Assembly: GCA_046539325.1 (NCBI GenBank)
Contig: JBKHHD010000005.1
Coordinates: forward strand, 2,165-66,164
Direction of reading: 5' to 3'
Length of the DNA stretch: 64,000 nucleotides
Source: Candidatus Aenigmatarchaeota archaeon
GTDB taxonomy: Archaea > Aenigmatarchaeota > Aenigmatarchaeia > PWEA01
Shown here: piece after piece, positions 53,561 to 63,436 of the stretch
Layout: each line of letters opens with the position of its first letter
Numbering within the stretch: the first letter of the stretch is position 1
Position numbers and translations under genes: made by a program
The notes under the pieces: model-generated
What the model was told of the DNA's origin: nothing
Database searches by the model: none
What the model saw: the letters and a program-made list of their open reading frames with translations, nothing else

Positions 53561-54364
53561 ATGTTATATGCCAGGAACTCATTTACCACAAACTACGATC
53601 TTGATGAGGCAGACGTGTGCTTTCTAGGCGTTTCCTTTGACTCCACGGCTTTGGCCGAGGGGAACCAGCGCTTCGGGCCGACACTTGTACGCGAGGCTCT
53701 GAAGACGAAGATCAGCTATGTGCCTCAGAAGGGAAACAATCCCTTGAAGGAGCTTAAGATCTGCGACCTCGGAGACCTGGACTGGGTCCCTGGGTCCTTT
53801 GAGGAAACTTCAAAGAGGCTGAAGGATACCATTAAATCCATATTCGAGGAAAACGAGGAAGTTTTCCCAGTTTTTCTTGGCGGCGAGCATCTAGTTTCTC
53901 TTCCTATTGTTGAAGAGTTGAAACCGAAGACTGTGGTGCAGTTGGATGCACATCTTGACAGAGCAGAAGAGTATCAGGGCAACGAATATGCACATAATAC
54001 GTGGGTTAGCAAGGTAGAGGACGTGGATTTTGTACAGGTGGGCTGCAGGAGCTACACCGAGGACCAAGACGATGGTGAGGACTACATGGATCTTGAAAAG
54101 GCCAAGGAAAAGATACGGAAAGCTGGAGAACCGGTTTATCTGACCGTGGACATGGACGTTTTTGATCCGAGATATGCACCTGACGTTGGTTTTCCTGAGG
54201 AGAACGGACTTTCCCCCGACCAAGTTTTCGAGATCTTGGACGAAGTCTTTGAGAAGAAAGTGGTTGGCATGGACGTCTGTGAAGTAGCCTCGAAAGAGCT
54301 CAACAACAGGACTGCACACCTGGCCGCTAAGACGATACTTCGCGCGCTTTCAAATCTCTGTTAG
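53561..54364 (+). CDS. speB: Agmatinase/ureohydrolase family
   Basis: Arginase-fold Mn-binding motifs LGGEHLVSLP, DAHLD and VDMDVFDP. Confidence 0.8.
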   Translation: MLYARNSFTTNYDLDEADVCFLGVSFDSTALAEGNQRFGPTLVREALKTKISYVPQKGNNPLKELKICDLGDLDWVPGSFEETSKRLKDTIKSIFEENEEVFPVFLGGEHLVSLPIVEELKPKTVVQLDAHLDRAEEYQGNEYAHNTWVSKVEDVDFVQVGCRSYTEDQDDGEDYMDLEKAKEKIRKAGEPVYLTVDMDVFDPRYAPDVGFPEENGLSPDQVFEILDEVFEKKVVGMDVCEVASKELNNRTAHLAAKTILRALSNLC

Positions 54365-54375
54365 GGTGATCTCAG

Positions 54376-55101
54376 TCAAAATTCTTCGAGTGTCTTTTCC
54401 TTGTAACTTGATCCTTCCATCCATATCGTTGCTTGTAAAACAGCTGGCTCGACGTTATGTTCTTCGGATATTTCTATGAACTCATCTTCCAGTTCCCTGT
54501 ATCTTTTAGGGCTGGGACCTGATTTTTTTCTGTAGTCGGGTACTTTGACATCGTATCCATTCTCATCGAGATATCTCATCATTACAATATCTATAGGAAC
54601 TACGTTTCCGTAACCGCACTTGACTAAGAAGAAAGAAGATTTACAGTCCCCTAGGCCAGGCGCACCATTATTTTTACTTGGTGAAGAGGCGATTTTATCT
54701 CTGAGCTCAAATTCTCTTTCTCTATCCTCCTTTACATCTTTATATATCTCCTCAGGGAGTGGTGATTCCATCCACCATTCTGAAAAGTTGAAGATGTATT
54801 CTTTTTTTCTTCTAGGAAATCGTGCTTTATCAAGGATCCTTGAGAAATCATCGATGTTACTCATATCTATGATATCTTCTGGGCTGTTAAGTCCTTTGTA
54901 CTGGAGTTCATCGTAGATACTTTCTTGTTTTGAGTGTTTGTCGGCGATTGAAAGGATACAGTACACACCGGCGTTGAACATCTTATTAAATGATTCTTCC
55001 TTGTTGTCACTCAGATCTATCCTTTCTTCCTCGAGGACTTGTCTTCCTAGGTCAAAGTCGAGTTCCTCGCCGAAACTCCCCTTTTCGTCCATATTTATCA
55101 C
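54376..55101 (-). CDS. HhH-type N-glycosylase/DNA lyase (Ogg2/AGOG-like)
   Basis: GAPGLGDCKSSFFLVKCGYGNVVPIDIVMMRYL resembles the HhH...PIDxH motif of thermophile Ogg2 N-glycosylase/DNA lyases. Confidence 0.5.
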   Translation of the reverse strand: MINMDEKGSFGEELDFDLGRQVLEEERIDLSDNKEESFNKMFNAGVYCILSIADKHSKQESIYDELQYKGLNSPEDIIDMSNIDDFSRILDKARFPRRKKEYIFNFSEWWMESPLPEEIYKDVKEDREREFELRDKIASSPSKNNGAPGLGDCKSSFFLVKCGYGNVVPIDIVMMRYLDENGYDVKVPDYRKKSGPSPKRYRELEDEFIEISEEHNVEPAVLQATIWMEGSSYKEKTLEEF

Positions 55102-55150
55102 AATATTGAACCAAAAAAATTTAAGTTAAACGGAAACGGTAGTTGATCTA

Positions 55151-55606
55151 ATGGATCCTCTTATTGTTTGCAAGTCAGTTCACAACGGTAATACGATGAA
55201 AGTAGCCGAGGAAATGGCAGAAGTCCTTGACTGTGAGGTCCTTAAACCCGAGGAAGTGGAGGACTTGGAAGATTACGATATGGTTGGATTCGGCTCGGGT
55301 ATTTATTTCACGAACTTCCATGAAGAGATCATCGACCTGGTAGAAAGGCTCAACGGAGGGAAAAAGGCTTTTATATTTTCCACGAGCGGCTTCCCTAATA
55401 TACCAATACTCCACGACTTTGAGGGTAAATTGAAGGAGAAGCTGAATGCCAGAAACTTCAAGATGGTTGGTTCGTTCAACTGCCGTGGATACGATGAGTA
55501 TGGACCTCTTAGATACTTGGGTGGAATTCACAACGGGAGGCCGAACGAAAAGGATTTAAAGAAGGCGAGGAAGTTTGCAGAGGAGCTGAAGGAAAATGGT
55601 GGATGA
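55151..55606 (+). CDS. Flavodoxin-like fold protein
   Basis: IVCKSVHNGNTMKVAE...MVGFGSGIYF pattern of flavodoxin-like reductases. Confidence 0.55.
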   Translation: MDPLIVCKSVHNGNTMKVAEEMAEVLDCEVLKPEEVEDLEDYDMVGFGSGIYFTNFHEEIIDLVERLNGGKKAFIFSTSGFPNIPILHDFEGKLKEKLNARNFKMVGSFNCRGYDEYGPLRYLGGIHNGRPNEKDLKKARKFAEELKENGG

Positions 55607-56009
55607 GCTGAAGATCTATACGGACGGAGCTTCCCGTGGGAATCCTGGTCCTGCGTCGGCAGCGTATGTGATAGCCAAGAAGGATGAAACCGTTTTGAAC
55701 GAAGGGTCAGAGTTCTTGGGAGAGACGACGAACAACCGTGCCGAATACAAGGCCGTGATAAAGGCTCTGAAGATGGCTTCGAACTATACTGAAGAAAGGG
55801 TTCGTGTTTTCTCTGACAGCAAGCTTCTGGTTAAACAGCTTCAAGGCGAGTGGAAAGTTAAGAGCGACAACATAGGACCGCTTTTCGAAGAAGTCAAGGA
55901 GCTAACAAGGAGCTTTGATTCAGTAAGTTTTCATCATAGGAACAGAGACCACGAAATGATAAGTAGGGCGGACTTTCTATGTAACAGGGAACTGGACAGA
56001 AGCTCCTAA
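55596..56009 (+). CDS. rnhA: Ribonuclease HI (type 1)
   Basis: IYTDGASRGNPGPA, TNNRAEY and FSDSKLLVKQ motifs. Confidence 0.8.
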   Translation: MVDELKIYTDGASRGNPGPASAAYVIAKKDETVLNEGSEFLGETTNNRAEYKAVIKALKMASNYTEERVRVFSDSKLLVKQLQGEWKVKSDNIGPLFEEVKELTRSFDSVSFHHRNRDHEMISRADFLCNRELDRSS

Positions 56010-56012
56010 AAC

Positions 56013-57071
56013 TCAGATCTGCCGTGTTTTTTTATCCAGATAACCGACAACTTCTCTCCAGCTTGCTTCATCGAGGTAGCCCTTTCTTTGATATTTTTCA
56101 TGCATCACGCCTATTATCCAGGGCATATCCCTTTTCCAGTATAAAGGCAGGGTCTTGTTAATACAGGTGATATCGTATTCATCCAGATCCTCGAAGGCCA
56201 GATCGGCCATGTTTTTGACAAGTAATTCGTTTTCTTTACCGTTGTTTTGTTCAAGAAATCTGTCTCCGTAGGTATTTACCAGGCCGAACTTGTTTACATT
56301 TTTCGTAAAGTTTCCGAGATCTTTCATTCTGATGTCATCGCGTTGAAGTGCTTCGTAGTACATTCTCGGGACAATTTTTCCTATCCTGTTTAGATCGTCG
56401 AGGTAACCCGACTCAAGCAATTTCTCTAAATTTCTTAGGTTTTCACGGTTCTCGTACACGGGGTCAGGATCTTTTCTGGAAACCGTTCCAGTCAGAAACG
56501 CCCCGGTCCTGGGCTTTGTTGATTGTTCGATGAGCTCTTCGAAGTCTCTTTCCTCAAGGATCTCTGTCGTCTTCTTACTTTCCACACCATCTTTGGTTCC
56601 TAAGATTAACTGGGCGCTGTTCTCTGGTTCGTAGCTTTCCAGAACTTCCTCTCCTTCTTCTACCCTGTCGACGCCTTCGAACTCATCACCTGTGAGAATC
56701 GAGTCCTTTACAAGGAGGTCTGTGGCGTCGATATTTCTTTCCAATCTCTCCAGTGTTTCATCCTTCTCGGGCCATATATCATAAAGAATCCTTGTGAATC
56801 CGTCCTTTACTCTCTCGTAACACCGTTTTAATCCATATTCCAGTTTCCCACTTTCATTATGTTTTGATAACCTTCGACCGGTTTCCTTGCCCAGTTTTAC
56901 GTAGTCTTTCAAATATTCCTCCGGAAGCTCGACTTTTTGACACGCTTCCTTTATTCTTTCTCGGCTTCTGCTCTTATTTGAGACGAACCTCAGAGGTCCA
57001 GAGTGTTCGAGAGAGAAGTCACTGAAAATTATCTCGTAGTCCCGCTCCCTAGATACCCGATCGTCTGGCAT
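56013..57071 (-). CDS. Hypothetical protein
   Basis: 352 aa ORF, acidic. No recognised motif. Confidence 0.4.
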   Translation of the reverse strand: MPDDRVSRERDYEIIFSDFSLEHSGPLRFVSNKSRSRERIKEACQKVELPEEYLKDYVKLGKETGRRLSKHNESGKLEYGLKRCYERVKDGFTRILYDIWPEKDETLERLERNIDATDLLVKDSILTGDEFEGVDRVEEGEEVLESYEPENSAQLILGTKDGVESKKTTEILEERDFEELIEQSTKPRTGAFLTGTVSRKDPDPVYENRENLRNLEKLLESGYLDDLNRIGKIVPRMYYEALQRDDIRMKDLGNFTKNVNKFGLVNTYGDRFLEQNNGKENELLVKNMADLAFEDLDEYDITCINKTLPLYWKRDMPWIIGVMHEKYQRKGYLDEASWREVVGYLDKKTRQI

Positions 57072-57153
57072 CTATATAATTTTTCGAGGTTAACAATAAA
57101 AGCTTTTTCCCACCCAAATCTATAAATACTATTGTAACAATTGTTACTACTGT

Positions 57154-57672
57154 GTGGTTAATATGGATTACGAGAACTCTGAGGAATTGAGAGATTTCGT
57201 AGATGAGCGAGTTCTTGAAGGACTAGTGAATAAATATATCAGCCGGGATGAAGATGATTTAATAGTCGAAGCCTGTGTTCCTATCCCCGAAAAGGATGAA
57301 GGACTGATAATTGTAAAGGATGGATATAGGTGGTTGCTGGAGGACAGGCATTATACTCATAAGAATAGAACCTCAGAGAACTCATTTGTTGAAGGAAAGG
57401 TCTATGAGATTGAAATTGACAACGTCCATAGAATAGAAATCAACGAGGATGTTGACGATGAAAAGTATGCAGAAAGGTTTCACAGTGAACATTTAACAGA
57501 TGATAAGGAGTTAAAGGCTTCGGTGTCGGAAAAAGGGAATGAAAATGTTGTTGGTTCTAGTTACAGAGATCTGGGAAAGTTGACGCAGGATTTACATGCT
57601 TACATCAAGGAGAATCCAGAACCTGTAGAAGAATTTTCACGATTTCTGGATGAGAGCTTTATGAGAGATTAA
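57154..57672 (+). CDS. Hypothetical protein
   Basis: 172 aa ORF, acidic. Confidence 0.4.
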   Translation: MVNMDYENSEELRDFVDERVLEGLVNKYISRDEDDLIVEACVPIPEKDEGLIIVKDGYRWLLEDRHYTHKNRTSENSFVEGKVYEIEIDNVHRIEINEDVDDEKYAERFHSEHLTDDKELKASVSEKGNENVVGSSYRDLGKLTQDLHAYIKENPEPVEEFSRFLDESFMRD

Positions 57673-57681
57673 TTCTCGAAG

Positions 57682-58938
57682 TCAAAAATTTTTGTCGATA
57701 TGCCTGGCTATCTCCCTGATCTCCCACTGTGCCGCCTCCTGAGTTCTGTCAGGTAGAAAACCTTTCTTTCTGTTGAATCCATCAAGGCTGAAGGCTATCC
57801 CAAGGCCGAGGCCATGCGGCAGAACTTCCATGGCCCTTTCCTTACTTTCCCTTTCCTTTATCCTCTCGTACAGCTCTAATGCTTCCTTCAATAGGCTTAG
57901 ATACTCCTCCTTGAACTTTGAGTCCTCTATGGTGTGCGGTACTATTATTTCACCTCTTTCTGCAGCGTCGTAAACAGACTCCACGGACTGCTTAACCGTA
58001 TCGTTCCTCATGAACTGGTGCCATGCCGAGATGGACATGGTAGTTATAAAGCCCTCTACCTTGTTTGATTGGTTACTCAGGCTGAGGAAACTGAGGGCTT
58101 CGTCGTCGAAGTTTTCCCCTTTCCTCTCAAGTTCCTCTGTTATATCGTAGGAGAACTTTGAGACAGTTTGGTTCGTATCGTAGTCCTTAAGAATCTCTTT
58201 TATCCATCTATTTCTTTCACAGAACATGTTGGCGACAGGATACCCCTTCTCTGCTTCTATCAGTGCGTCCATAATCCCTTTGTTGAAGAGGTCGGGACTT
58301 GTATCTTCCAAGTTTGCTATTGCCTCGTGGAAGATGTCTTTGGTAATTTTAGGCACTACGGATCCTTCGGACTTCAAAACCCTATAGATATTCATAAGCC
58401 CAGATAGGTTTGTATTTTGATGTATATGTGTCGCTGCCGTTCCCAGTGGTAGGATATATCTCGCGTCCTCTTTCGGAACGGAGTCACTTTCCAGCATTCT
58501 GTTGTAGAGTTCGCTCTGTTTGGCGAACATTTCCTTGACTTCCTTTGAATCACTGAAGCTTATGAACTCCTCCGCTTTCGTGTATCTCTGTGACTGCTGT
58601 AGATATTTTGGATGGTCAAAGGAACAGAGGAACAGGGTTGTGTGCCGAGGTACCTGGTAGGTTATCCCTAAGTTGGCCTGGTAAAATGCTGATATATGGC
58701 CTCTATCGGCCAGAAACTCTAGAAAATCCTTTTCCTCTTCTTTCAGTTCTTCTTCGTCCATCTCTTCCTTTTTCTTCTTCCATATTTCGAGGGCAGGGCG
58801 TCCTTCTGGGTCCCCTGAAATTCTCGTATTGTAGATTACAGCTTCCTTTACCTCCCAGTCCTTGTGCTGTGGGTGAGAAGGATATTCGCTTATATCTACC
58901 TCTGGATTTCGTATGGTTACGTCCCCCAAAACATTCAC
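57682..58938 (-). CDS. ThyX-like (flavin-dependent thymidylate synthase) domain protein, unusually long
   Basis: PRHTTLFLCSFDHPKYLQQSQRY resembles the ThyX RHRx7-8S...SQRY signature with substitution/insertion. 418 aa versus ~220-250 aa for canonical ThyX. Confidence 0.4.
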   Translation of the reverse strand: MNVLGDVTIRNPEVDISEYPSHPQHKDWEVKEAVIYNTRISGDPEGRPALEIWKKKKEEMDEEELKEEEKDFLEFLADRGHISAFYQANLGITYQVPRHTTLFLCSFDHPKYLQQSQRYTKAEEFISFSDSKEVKEMFAKQSELYNRMLESDSVPKEDARYILPLGTAATHIHQNTNLSGLMNIYRVLKSEGSVVPKITKDIFHEAIANLEDTSPDLFNKGIMDALIEAEKGYPVANMFCERNRWIKEILKDYDTNQTVSKFSYDITEELERKGENFDDEALSFLSLSNQSNKVEGFITTMSISAWHQFMRNDTVKQSVESVYDAAERGEIIVPHTIEDSKFKEEYLSLLKEALELYERIKERESKERAMEVLPHGLGLGIAFSLDGFNRKKGFLPDRTQEAAQWEIREIARHIDKNF

Positions 58939-58944
58939 CCTTTC

Positions 58945-59130
58945 CTATTCTATCTTGATGCTGCGCTTCTTACGGTCTATCTTTCCGCACTCCTTGCACA
59001 TAACTTCCACTGTTTCCTTGCTATCCATGCCTCTCAGCTCGCTGCATTCAGAAGGAACTACCATCTGAGCTACTGTGTTAGCGGAACCGCATCTCCTGCA
59101 CTTCGCAAGCTCCTTGAGCGTGATTATCAA
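58945..59130 (-). CDS. Small zinc-ribbon protein
   Basis: CRRCGS...CKECG four-Cys pattern. 61 aa. Confidence 0.4.
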   Translation of the reverse strand: MIITLKELAKCRRCGSANTVAQMVVPSECSELRGMDSKETVEVMCKECGKIDRKKRSIKIE

Positions 59131-59238
59131 CTTGAAAACCTCCAGTTTCGCGCACCAAACTATTCAACTGGTATCTATTTAAATCTTATCCGGAGCTGAA
59201 TTTTTATACTATGGCCAAAGAATTATATATGAGGTAGA

Positions 59239-59847
59239 ATGACCTGCGTTCCGAGACTAGAGGACTACGAGGAGAAGTTGAGAGAGGAGTACGGTTCATC
59301 CGGCGACAATGTGGTCACGGTTTCCGGTCTCGTCGGTGTGGGGAGCAGTACAGTTGCTGAAATCTTAAAGGAGGAGCTGGATCTGGAGCTTGTATCATCA
59401 GGTCAGTTCTTCCGTAAAAAGGCAAAGGAGAAGGGAATGGAGCTAACGGAGTTCTTCGAAAAGTACAGGAATCCAGACAAAGGGCCTGATCCCGATCTCA
59501 TGTGGGACAGGAGAGCTTTGAACCTTGCTTTCACCAAGGACGATATTATACTTGAGGGTAGAATGACAGGACCCTTGCTGTGTGACATAGCCGATGTTAG
59601 AGTCCTAGTCAAATGTTCTAAGGAAGTTGTCGTCGAAAGGTTTGCGGAAAGAGAAGGCTTGGATCAAAGTGATGCGGAGAGGAGGCTGGAGAAGAGGAAC
59701 TCACAAGATATTAAAACCTACAGAGAGAAGTATGGTATAGACGTTACCGATGAAAAGTACTACAACGTAGTTGTCGATAACAGCGGAACCCCTGAAGAGA
59801 CTAAGGAAGCCGTCCTGCAAAGGACCCGTGAAATACTCGAGGAATAA
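59239..59847 (+). CDS. P-loop kinase resembling archaeal-type cytidylate kinase
   Basis: VVTVSGLVGVGSSTVAEILKEEL resembles the I-ISG-PG-G-ST-VA P-loop of archaeal CMP kinases. ~200 aa. Confidence 0.5.
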   Translation: MTCVPRLEDYEEKLREEYGSSGDNVVTVSGLVGVGSSTVAEILKEELDLELVSSGQFFRKKAKEKGMELTEFFEKYRNPDKGPDPDLMWDRRALNLAFTKDDIILEGRMTGPLLCDIADVRVLVKCSKEVVVERFAEREGLDQSDAERRLEKRNSQDIKTYREKYGIDVTDEKYYNVVVDNSGTPEETKEAVLQRTREILEE

Positions 59848-59850
59848 AAT

Positions 59851-60108
59851 ATGTCAACATCCGACTCCGAGGACGTAACGTTTTTTGATATGGCAGTGGC
59901 TGTATGTCCGGAGTGCGAGACGCCGATAGCTGAATCCGGCTGGTACGGGATCGACATGGAGTCGGACGTTGAATGCTACGATTGTGGAAACGTCTTTAAC
60001 ATGAAAAAACACGCGGTGGACAGGGCTACACTCAGCGTAGTTCTCTCAAAGAACGGCAAGATAAAGAGACTTGGTGTCGAAGAGAAAATTGATTTGGAGG
60101 ATGAGTAG
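59851..60108 (+). CDS. Zinc-ribbon hypothetical protein
   Basis: CPECET...CYDCGN. 85 aa, starts 4 nt after the kinase stop. Confidence 0.4.
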   Translation: MSTSDSEDVTFFDMAVAVCPECETPIAESGWYGIDMESDVECYDCGNVFNMKKHAVDRATLSVVLSKNGKIKRLGVEEKIDLEDE

Positions 60109-60109
60109 C

Positions 60110-60922
60110 ATGCTCGAAAAAATCTGGCTTGAACAGGAAAGGGAGGAACACTTCGCAGCCTGTCTTGTGCTTTCGGCTGTATTCACGTTTGCATCGATAG
60201 TTATAGCCCGTTACTTTGTACCCTTCAAGGTTGCTGGCCAGACATTGACCGGCCTCATAGCCGTTGTTTTGGCTTCTCTTGCCGCCTCGTATCCTTTGAT
60301 AAAGTATCTCGAAGAGGAGGAAACCGAGGAAACAGAACAAGAAAAGAAGGGGAAACTCAAGAACGAGTTTGATCTTCTGGAAAGGCATAGAGAAGAGCTG
60401 TACATATATCTTGCATTCTTCCTCGGAGCGACACTGGCCTTCGGTGTAGCCTATTCATTTATGCCTGATGCCTTCGAGACGCAAAGGGAGGTTATAGGCT
60501 CGATAAGACCTGACATGGCAACAGGTAGAGTTATATCTCCAAGCTTCTTCATGGAGATATTCACAAACAACGCCTCGGTCTTCTTCACCACACTTCTCCT
60601 GTCCTTCTTCCTGACAGCCGGGATGGTCTTTATACTTGTATGGAATGCGTCGATACTGGGTGTATTTCTTTCAGAAATAACTCAGGGCTTGATAGATCTA
60701 CCTGTAGTCGCTCTTTCATATCTTCCACACGGGATACTCGAGGTAGCTGCGTACATAACAGCAGGCCTCTCAGGATTCTTCCTGTCGCACGAGGTAAAGG
60801 AGGTAGTGGAGTGGGAGGAAAAGTCCTGTGCGATAAAGCTAATGATGGACTCCTTCATACTTCTTGGAATAGGTCTAGGACTACTTATCCTAGCCGCAGT
60901 CATCGAGTCTGCAGGTGTCTAG
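60110..60922 (+). CDS. Polytopic membrane protein (SpoIIM/DUF95-like)
   Basis: ATG 60110 lies immediately after the upstream stop. About 6 TM helices with NASVFFTTLLLSFFLTAGM and LPHGILEVAAYITAG motifs. Confidence 0.5.
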   Translation: MLEKIWLEQEREEHFAACLVLSAVFTFASIVIARYFVPFKVAGQTLTGLIAVVLASLAASYPLIKYLEEEETEETEQEKKGKLKNEFDLLERHREELYIYLAFFLGATLAFGVAYSFMPDAFETQREVIGSIRPDMATGRVISPSFFMEIFTNNASVFFTTLLLSFFLTAGMVFILVWNASILGVFLSEITQGLIDLPVVALSYLPHGILEVAAYITAGLSGFFLSHEVKEVVEWEEKSCAIKLMMDSFILLGIGLGLLILAAVIESAGV

Positions 60923-60927
60923 TTTCC

Positions 60928-61512
60928 ATGGAACTCTTCGGCTTTGAGATCAAGTTCTCTCCTGAGGTCTACGTTCCAAGAGAAGACACCTACCTTATGG
61001 TCGAGACTCTCAGAGAGGAGGTCGAGGAAGGAGATAGGGTTCTTGACCTGGGAACTGGTTCAGGAATCCTCTCATTTATAGCTGCCGAGGTATGTGAAGA
61101 GGTTGTCGGGGTTGATGTTAACGAGAATGCCGTGAGGCTGGCAAGGGAGAACGCATCGAGAAATGGATTTGAGAACGTAGAGTTCCTGGCGAGCGATCTC
61201 TTTGAGGAGGTCAAAGGTAAGTTCGACCTCGTAGTCTTCAATGCACCTTATCTACCGGGCGGGGCTGAGGGGGAAGACGTCGAAGGAAGCGAGCAGTGGC
61301 TTGGTGGAGAAACAGGCAGGGAGATAGTTGCTAGATTTGCCGAAGGACTTGAAAACTATCTGAATGAGGACGCCAAGGCCCTTCTATTAGTTTCTTCACT
61401 AACAGATCCAGAGGAGGTAATTCATCTTTTCAAGGAAGAAGGTTTTGAGGTGAAAGTAGCAAAGGAGAAAAAGATCCCATGGGAGACTTTGTACGTACTC
61501 GAAGTGTTCTGA
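60928..61512 (+). CDS. HemK/PrmC-like N5-glutamine (protein) methyltransferase
   Basis: VLDLGTGSGIL motif and a VVFNAPYLP (NPPY-type) motif. ATG at 60928; the ORF call 60640.. is a frame-through extension overlapping the upstream membrane gene. Confidence 0.7.
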   Translation: MELFGFEIKFSPEVYVPREDTYLMVETLREEVEEGDRVLDLGTGSGILSFIAAEVCEEVVGVDVNENAVRLARENASRNGFENVEFLASDLFEEVKGKFDLVVFNAPYLPGGAEGEDVEGSEQWLGGETGREIVARFAEGLENYLNEDAKALLLVSSLTDPEEVIHLFKEEGFEVKVAKEKKIPWETLYVLEVF

Positions 61513-61552
61513 AAGTTAAACATTTTTATTTGTATGAAAGTATTTTACTTGT

Positions 61553-61987
61553 ATGCCTTTATCCAGTTTGCTGGACTCCGTGGCTGAACTCCTGTCATCA
61601 CTTTTACCCGAACAGTTCCTGGGTTTAGGTGCCGATCTGTATAGCTTTTTACCTATAGTTGTTTTCATCGTTTTCGTCTATCTCATCTACAGGTCCCTTA
61701 AAATAGCTTTTCATGGAATGCTCATATTTGTTGCCGGAGCCCTTTTCCCGATCTTTGCAAACAACTTTTTCGGCACAGCTATACCTATAGCAATTGATTC
61801 TCTGGTGTCGTATGGACTTCTTGCACTTGTCATTTACTTGGGTTACGTTTTCATAGGTACTATTGCAACTTTTTTGAAGATAGTCACATGGCCTTTCAGA
61901 AAACTTTTCTCAAAGAGCAAGGATGTTGTTACAAGAGACGAGCTCGATAAGGAAGTTGAAGAGATACTTGAAGAGGAAAAAGATTAG
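61553..61987 (+). CDS. Membrane protein, unknown function
   Basis: 144 aa, 3-4 hydrophobic helices, acidic C-terminus. Confidence 0.4.
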   Translation: MPLSSLLDSVAELLSSLLPEQFLGLGADLYSFLPIVVFIVFVYLIYRSLKIAFHGMLIFVAGALFPIFANNFFGTAIPIAIDSLVSYGLLALVIYLGYVFIGTIATFLKIVTWPFRKLFSKSKDVVTRDELDKEVEEILEEEKD

Positions 61988-62667
61988 CTTGAAGTAATTG
62001 TCATGTTCCCGGGTTCTACCTTGCTTGCTTCGCCTGAGATGCTAATTTTCTGAGGCTCAAAGCTTAGATTACCGTAGAAGGCGTTTATGGACACTTTATC
62101 ATCGATGCTGCTGCTCACAGAGTTCCCAACATCTATAGTTCCGGATGGATCCTCGATCCTGAGTTCTTGGATCTGTACAGATGTTACATTAACTTCTTCG
62201 TATGTACCCGCTACCGAAGTTTCAAGTTTATCATCCTCTATGCCTACCTCTTTGGAAGAAAGTGATGTACTGTCGCCTATCAACTCAACCCGGTTGTTTT
62301 GAATTTTCAACGAACCTCTGAAGCCTTCAATACCAAGATCTGATGCCTCATCGTTCGCGACTATATTTTTTCCGTCGGTAGTTATGTTGATTTCATCCGG
62401 AATATAGCCTATAGTGATCTTCTGTGGAGCTATGTCATTAAATTCGAAACTACTATTATGGTTCAGTGATCCTTCAACATTTACATCTCTTCTTACGGTG
62501 ACGCTTTGTTCCATTGATTCAGAAATAAGATCCCTCAGTTTTCTCAAGACCGTCATGCCTTCTTCTGCTGGAATTTCTCTAGTTACGTCCCTCCAGACAC
62601 CGCCGAACAGTAGAAGACCAGCAAAAATTAGAGCAAGAAGCACGGCGGTGTTCATGCCTTTATTCAT
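61984..62667 (-). CDS. N-terminally anchored extracellular protein, unknown function
   Basis: MNKGMNTAVLLALIFAGLLLFGGVW signal/anchor. Ser/Thr-rich beta-like remainder. Confidence 0.45.
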   Translation of the reverse strand: MNKGMNTAVLLALIFAGLLLFGGVWRDVTREIPAEEGMTVLRKLRDLISESMEQSVTVRRDVNVEGSLNHNSSFEFNDIAPQKITIGYIPDEINITTDGKNIVANDEASDLGIEGFRGSLKIQNNRVELIGDSTSLSSKEVGIEDDKLETSVAGTYEEVNVTSVQIQELRIEDPSGTIDVGNSVSSSIDDKVSINAFYGNLSFEPQKISISGEASKVEPGNMTITSS

Positions 62668-62706
62668 ACAACATTTTTTATTCTTGGATATTTAAATACT
62701 CTAACT

Positions 62707-63390
62707 ATGCTCAAGGTAGTACTTGTAAGACCCGAGACGCCTGGTAATGTAGGGGCTGTGGCGAGGTCCATGAAGAACTTTGGATTTGAGAATCTAGTTC
62801 TCGTGGATCCCTGTGAGATGACGGAAGAGGCCGACAAGAGAGCTAAGCATGCGAAGGATGTCCTCAAGGATGCGGAGGTCTGGGACAGGATGAACTGGGA
62901 CAGCTTCGATATAACCGTTTCCACGTCCTCGGAGACAGGCGGCGACTACAACGTCAGAAGGAATGCTGTAAGCCCTGGAGTGTTGAGGAAAAAGTTAGAA
63001 GACACTGAAGGAACAATAGGTCTTGTTTTCGGCCCTGAATCCAAGGGCCTTAGAAACGAAGAGGTTGATGGAACTGACTTCCTCTGCCATATACCTGCTA
63101 GCGACGACTACCCTGTTTTCAACCTATCACATGCTGTAGCCATAATACTTTACGAGCTGAGTGAAAGGAACGAGGATACTTCCTACGAGCTTGCTTCAAG
63201 CAAGGAGAAGGATGTCCTCATGGAGCAGCTTAACGGTATAATAGAAAAGGTAGGGATAGAGGAATACAGGCACGAACCTCTCAAACAGTCATTGGAAAAC
63301 GTCTTCGGGAGGGCGATGCTTGCAAGAAGGGAAGCTAATACACTCATAGGTTTTTTCAGAAGGGTCAGGGAAAACATAGCTAGTGAGTAG
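62707..63390 (+). CDS. SPOUT-class tRNA 2'-O-methyltransferase (TrmJ-like)
   Basis: KVVLVRPETPGNVGAVARSMKNFGF, LVFGPESKGL and the later AVAIILYEL motifs. Confidence 0.75.
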   Translation: MLKVVLVRPETPGNVGAVARSMKNFGFENLVLVDPCEMTEEADKRAKHAKDVLKDAEVWDRMNWDSFDITVSTSSETGGDYNVRRNAVSPGVLRKKLEDTEGTIGLVFGPESKGLRNEEVDGTDFLCHIPASDDYPVFNLSHAVAIILYELSERNEDTSYELASSKEKDVLMEQLNGIIEKVGIEEYRHEPLKQSLENVFGRAMLARREANTLIGFFRRVRENIASE

Positions 63391-63436
63391 TATGAACTTT
63401 AAAAAGGATTGAATATAAAATAAGTCCGTGGGTTAT

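Noticed and set aside
60640-60927. N-terminal 96 aa of ORF 60640..61512
   Set aside because: Cys/Arg-rich read-through of the upstream membrane-protein gene in another frame. The methyltransferase homology begins at ATG 60928.
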